This document shows positions 59,880-64,000 of a DNA stretch of 64,000 nt, one piece after another. The position numbers and the translations under genes are program-made. Under the pieces are notes generated by a model. That model saw nothing but the letters and a program-made list of their open reading frames with translations, ran no database searches and was not told the origin of the DNA. Numbering within the stretch: position 1 is the stretch's first letter; the number at the start of each line of letters is the position of its first letter. Source of the DNA: Heterodontus francisci (taxonomy: Eukaryota); NCBI RefSeq assembly GCF_036365525.1, contig NC_090392.1:70619247-70683246 (forward strand), in the 5' to 3' direction.

Positions 59880-60600
59880 GATGAGATGTGCAGGAGCAGA
59901 TGGACCTGGGTGTATATGTGTATAAAACATTGAAGGTGGAAGGACAGGTTGAGAGAGTGGTTAATAAAGCATACAGCATCCTAGGCTTTATTAATAGGCC
60001 ATAGAGTACAAAAACAAGGGAGTTATGTTAAATTTGTACAAAACACTGGTTTGGCCTCAACTGGAGTATTGTGTCCAGTTCTGGGCGCCACACTTTAGGA
60101 AAGATGTGAAGGCATTAGAGAGAGTGCAGCGAAGATTCACAAAATTGGTTCTCAGGATGAGGAACTTCAGTTACATGGATAGATTGGAGAAGTTGGGACT
60201 GTTTTCTTTGGTGAAGAGAAGGTTGAGAAGAGATTTGATAGAGGTGTTCAAAATCATGAGGGGTCTGATTAGGGTAGATGGGGGATAAACTGTTAGCATT
60301 GGTGGAAGGATCAAGAATAAGAGGGCACAGATATAAAGTAATTGGCAAAAGAAGCAATGGCAACATGAGGGAAAAACTTTTTCACACAACGAGTGGTTAG
60401 GATCTGGAATGCACTGCCTGAGTGTGGTGGAGGCAGGTTCAACTGAAGTTTTCAAGAGGGAATTGGGTTGTTATCTGAAAAGGAAGAAAGTGCAGGGTTA
60501 CGGGGAGAAGGCGGGGAAGTGGCACTAGGCAAATTGCTCCTTCGGAGAGCCAGCACAGACATGAAGGGCCAAATGGCCTCCTTCTGTGCTGTAACAATTT
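59880..60600 (+). mobile_element. CR1 3' fragment
   Basis: MLNLYKTLVWPQLEYCVQFWAPHFRKD... plus 3' UTR. Confidence 0.88.
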
Positions 60601-61887
60601 TGCGATATTTCACGCTTGTAGTCAGTGGGCAGGAACTCGAGCCCAAGGTTCCATTGGAGTGATTCTAAAATTCTTCAAATTTTGCGATGGGAAGAAAACT
60701 GTCGAACTTTGTGCAACCTTGAATTTCTTCAATATTCATTAGTCAAAAAAAATCTACATTTGTGAAGCAACTTTTTTTTTTCTCTACATATGATGTAAAG
60801 ACTTTTTTAAAAAGTCTGTTGCAATGCAAATGCTAATTAATTCTTTATTTTTAAAAAAACACCATTTTTCAAATAAAAATTCTGCCAATCTCATTTTCTC
60901 CCTTGCCTTGCTGTACTGTTACTCTGCAGCTCTGTCCCCTTGCAATATGTTGCCGATTGCTCATTTAACAGTAACAAGTTAAGCTGTTTTTTTTCCCGCA
61001 GGGTGTACCCCAGTCCAACCAGGTCCTGTCCTCACCCAGTTTCCACAAGTGCACTTCCAATGGTTACTGACGAGTGATTGGGAGTGAAAACTTTGGCAGA
61101 TATTTTTGTTTCTCCTCTCTACCTCAGTGCACTGAAAGAAAGACTTTGCATTTCTATGGTGCCTTTCATGACGTCAGGACATCCCATAGCACTTATAGCC
61201 AAATGTGTGCCTTAGAATTGTAATAACTGCTGTGATGTAGGAAATGTGGCAGCCAATTTGTGCATAGTAAGATCCCACTAACAGTAGTGAAATAATGATC
61301 AGATAATTTCTTTTAGTAATGTTGGTGGAAGGATAAATATTGGTCAGGACACTGGGTAGAATAACCCTGCTGTTCGTTGAATAGTGCCATGGGATTTTTT
61401 ATGGGATGTGATTGTTGCTGACTAGGCCAGCATTTATTGCCCATTCCTAATTCCCCATGAGAAGGTGGTGGTGAGCCGCCTTCTTGAGCTGCTGCAGTCC
61501 ATGTGGTGTAGGTACACCCACAGTGCTGTTCGGTTGGGGTGTTCCACCTGGGAGAGCAGGCAGGGCCTCAGCGTAATATTGTATCTGAATCACTGCACCT
61601 CCAACAGTGCAGCACTCCCTCAGCCTAATATTGTGCTCCAGTCTCTGGAGGGCGTTATAGGGCTTGAACCCATAATCTTAAGATTTAGAGACAAAAGTGT
61701 TACCAACTGAGCCACAGCTGACACTGAGGCCAATTGAGTGTCTCTGCCAACACCCAACTGAGAGTTAATGGAACCGTGAGCCAGGATCAAACCTAGGACA
61801 ACCCCATTCCGTTTTATATGGCTCAGCTAATCATATTTTAATTTGATTAATATATCACTGAAAGTATATACGCTGGTTGTGTTCTAG

Positions 61888-61976
61888 AGCTGTTTGCAAG
61901 AAGTTTGGGCTCCATGTTGGGCGTCTAATGCTGGCATTCATGGTTTTGAGTACTGGGATGTTCTGCTCAGCAGCTG
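61888..61976 (+). CDS. ALG9: ALG9, exon 5
   Basis: ttctag|AVCKKFGLHVGRLMLAFMVLSTGMFCSAA|gtgagt; 89 nt. Confidence 0.95.
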
Positions 61977-62234
61977 GTGAGTAAAGAGGAAGATTCACGG
62001 TATATGGACCTGAGAATATGAAATTAAATGCAAGCCCGAGAACTCTGCAGGGAGAAAGAAATCCAAGCTGGTGTTCTAACTTAGTACTTTATGAGGAAAT
62101 GACATCTGATGTTTCAGTGTTTGGCTCCATCAGTCATGCAGAAACAAAATCTTCTGTCTAGGTTAGAAAGGGAACTAGCTTATGGATTCCCAGTCGCGAT
62201 TATATCAGGTGGGAAGGTGAGGTGGCTTACACAC

Positions 62235-62925
62235 GAAATAGGAGCGGGAGTAGACCATATGGCCCATTGAGCATGCTCTGCCATTCAATACGATCATGGC
62301 TGATCTTGGGCTTCAATTCCACTTTCCTGCCTGCTCACCATATCCCTTGCTTCCCTGAGAGACCAAAAATTTGTTCATCCAAGCCTTAAATGTATTCAAC
62401 GATGGAGCATCCACAACCCTCTGGGGTAGAGAATTCCAAAGATCCACAACCCTTTGAGTGAAGTAATTTCTCCTCATCTCAGTCCTAAATGTTCAGTCCC
62501 TTATCCTGAGACTGTGTCTGTGTGTTTTAGATTCCTTGACCAGCGGAAACAATCTCTGTGTCCGCCCTATCCGGCCCCTTCAGAACCTTGTATGTTTCAA
62601 TGAGATTGCCTCTCGTTCTTCTAAACTCCAGAGAATATAGACCCAATTTATTCAGCCTCTCATCATAGAACAACCCCCTCATCCCAGGGACCAATTTAGT
62701 AAACCTTCGCTGCCCGGCCTCTAATGCAAGTATATCCTTTCTTAAATGGAGGCAAAAGCTGCACACAGTATTCCAGATGTGGTCTCACCAAAACCCTGTA
62801 CAATTGTAGCAATACTTCTTTATTCTTATACTCCAATCCCCTTGCAATAAAGGCCAACATGCCTTTTGCCTTCCTAATTGCTTGCGATACCGACATGCTA
62901 ACTTTCTGCGTTCCGTGTATAAGCA
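62235..62925 (-). mobile_element. CR1 3' fragment
   Basis: KAKGMLAFIARGLEYKNKEVLLQLYRVLVRPHLEYCVQ. Confidence 0.88.
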
Positions 62926-63945
62926 AGGCTTGTCACAAAACTGGAGAAAGAGTTACACTGGAAGCTCTTGGTTAACTCCCAACAGTTAAATCAAGAATAG
63001 TCGGGCCCTATCAATATGTTCTTGCCTTGGCAATGAAATTAGTTGTTGATCTGTCCATCCCTGTGGCACATGGTTTATCCAGGAGGCAGCAGTGACCATT
63101 TGGAGGCAGGGGTATAATTTGGGAACAGTGACAGGTTCCCCAAGTACTGGGTGCAGAGTAACATTACAAAGTTGAAGAACTTCAACTGCATTATTGTCGC
63201 GCTTTTTAAAAATTCATTCACTGAATATGGGTGTTGCTGGCAAAGCCAACATTTATTGCCCATCCCTAATTGGCTTGTTAGGCCACTTCAGAATCATCTG
63301 TATTGCTGTGTACATGTAGGCCAGACCAGGTAAGGACAGCAGATTTCCTTCCCTAAAGGGCATTTACAACCAGATGGGTTTCTACAATAATCCAACAAGT
63401 TACTTGGTCACATTACTGGTACTAGCTTTTTTTTAATTCCAGATTTATTTATTTGAATTTCAGTTTCTGAGCTTTCTTTGGTAGGATTTGAACTCGTCTC
63501 CAGATTACCAGTCCTGTAACATACTACAGTCACTGGTGGTTCCAAGTTAGCCAAAAGATATCTTCATGGTTGCAAGAGGGAATGTGGTGGAACCTCAAGT
63601 TACATATAAAGTTTAAATTCGTGTTCCTGTTCATTTGCATGTATCTCCAGTCACTGCTATTTCGGGTGGTGATTTAGGGTAATGCACATTCTTGAGGCAA
63701 CAGCATGAAGTAAAACCAGCCCAAACTCCACAATTCAAATAAGACAAACCCGTGAATAAGAAATAAATGAGTGACAATACAATGGTGCCTGGGTTTCAGG
63801 AGCCCGATTACCGGGGCTGCAGTTTGGACGCCCCACATATTGTTGATGTGCACGGCCTTTTCTTTAATAGCCATGGGTAACAATGTGGTAACCTAATCGA
63901 TTTATTCGCTGCTTTCTCTCTCATGCCCTTTCTCTCTCTTTTCAG

Positions 63946-64000
63946 CATTCCTCCCTAGTAGTTTTTGTATGAATACAACTCTGATTGCAATGACTGGCTG
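63946..64000 (+). CDS. ALG9: ALG9, exon 6 (truncated by the window end)
   Basis: Polypyrimidine tract then cag|(A)FLPSSFCMNTTLIAMTGW. Confidence 0.93.

Noticed and set aside
63968-63977. ALG9 CMNTT versus human CMYTT
   Set aside because: Single substitution at the window edge; significance cannot be judged without an alignment.

Overview
Vertebrate genomic DNA, almost certainly from a cartilaginous fish (shark). The evidence is HE1-like V-SINEs, SacSINE1-like Deu-SINEs, abundant HER1/CR1 LINEs and a dogfish-like alphaB-crystallin. The window holds five spliced genes in the same order and orientation as human 11q23.1: HSPB2 (-, 2 exons, 185 aa), CRYAB (+, 3 exons, 177 aa), CFAP68/C11orf1 (-, 3 exons, ~235 aa), FDXACB1 (+, 5 exons, 641 aa) and the first six exons of ALG9 (+, runs off the window). 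I built all exon boundaries by hand from GT/AG sites and reading-frame continuity. Much of the rest is transposon-derived: CR1, L2, RTE, SINEs, two solo LTRs, MITE-like elements, Penelope-like ends and a minisatellite. Four signals stand out. (1) A young CR1 has tandem -1 slippery heptamers at its ORF1/ORF2 junction, and its ORF2 has no usable ATG, which suggests programmed ribosomal frameshifting. (2) A dispersed, often palindromic repeat family carries minimal hammerhead-ribozyme cores. (3) CFAP68 has a ~110-aa C-terminal extension with repeated CG(S/Y)YIP motifs. (4) There is a perfect HSE at CRYAB and an RFX X-box at CFAP68. Family names come from recall, not database searches.
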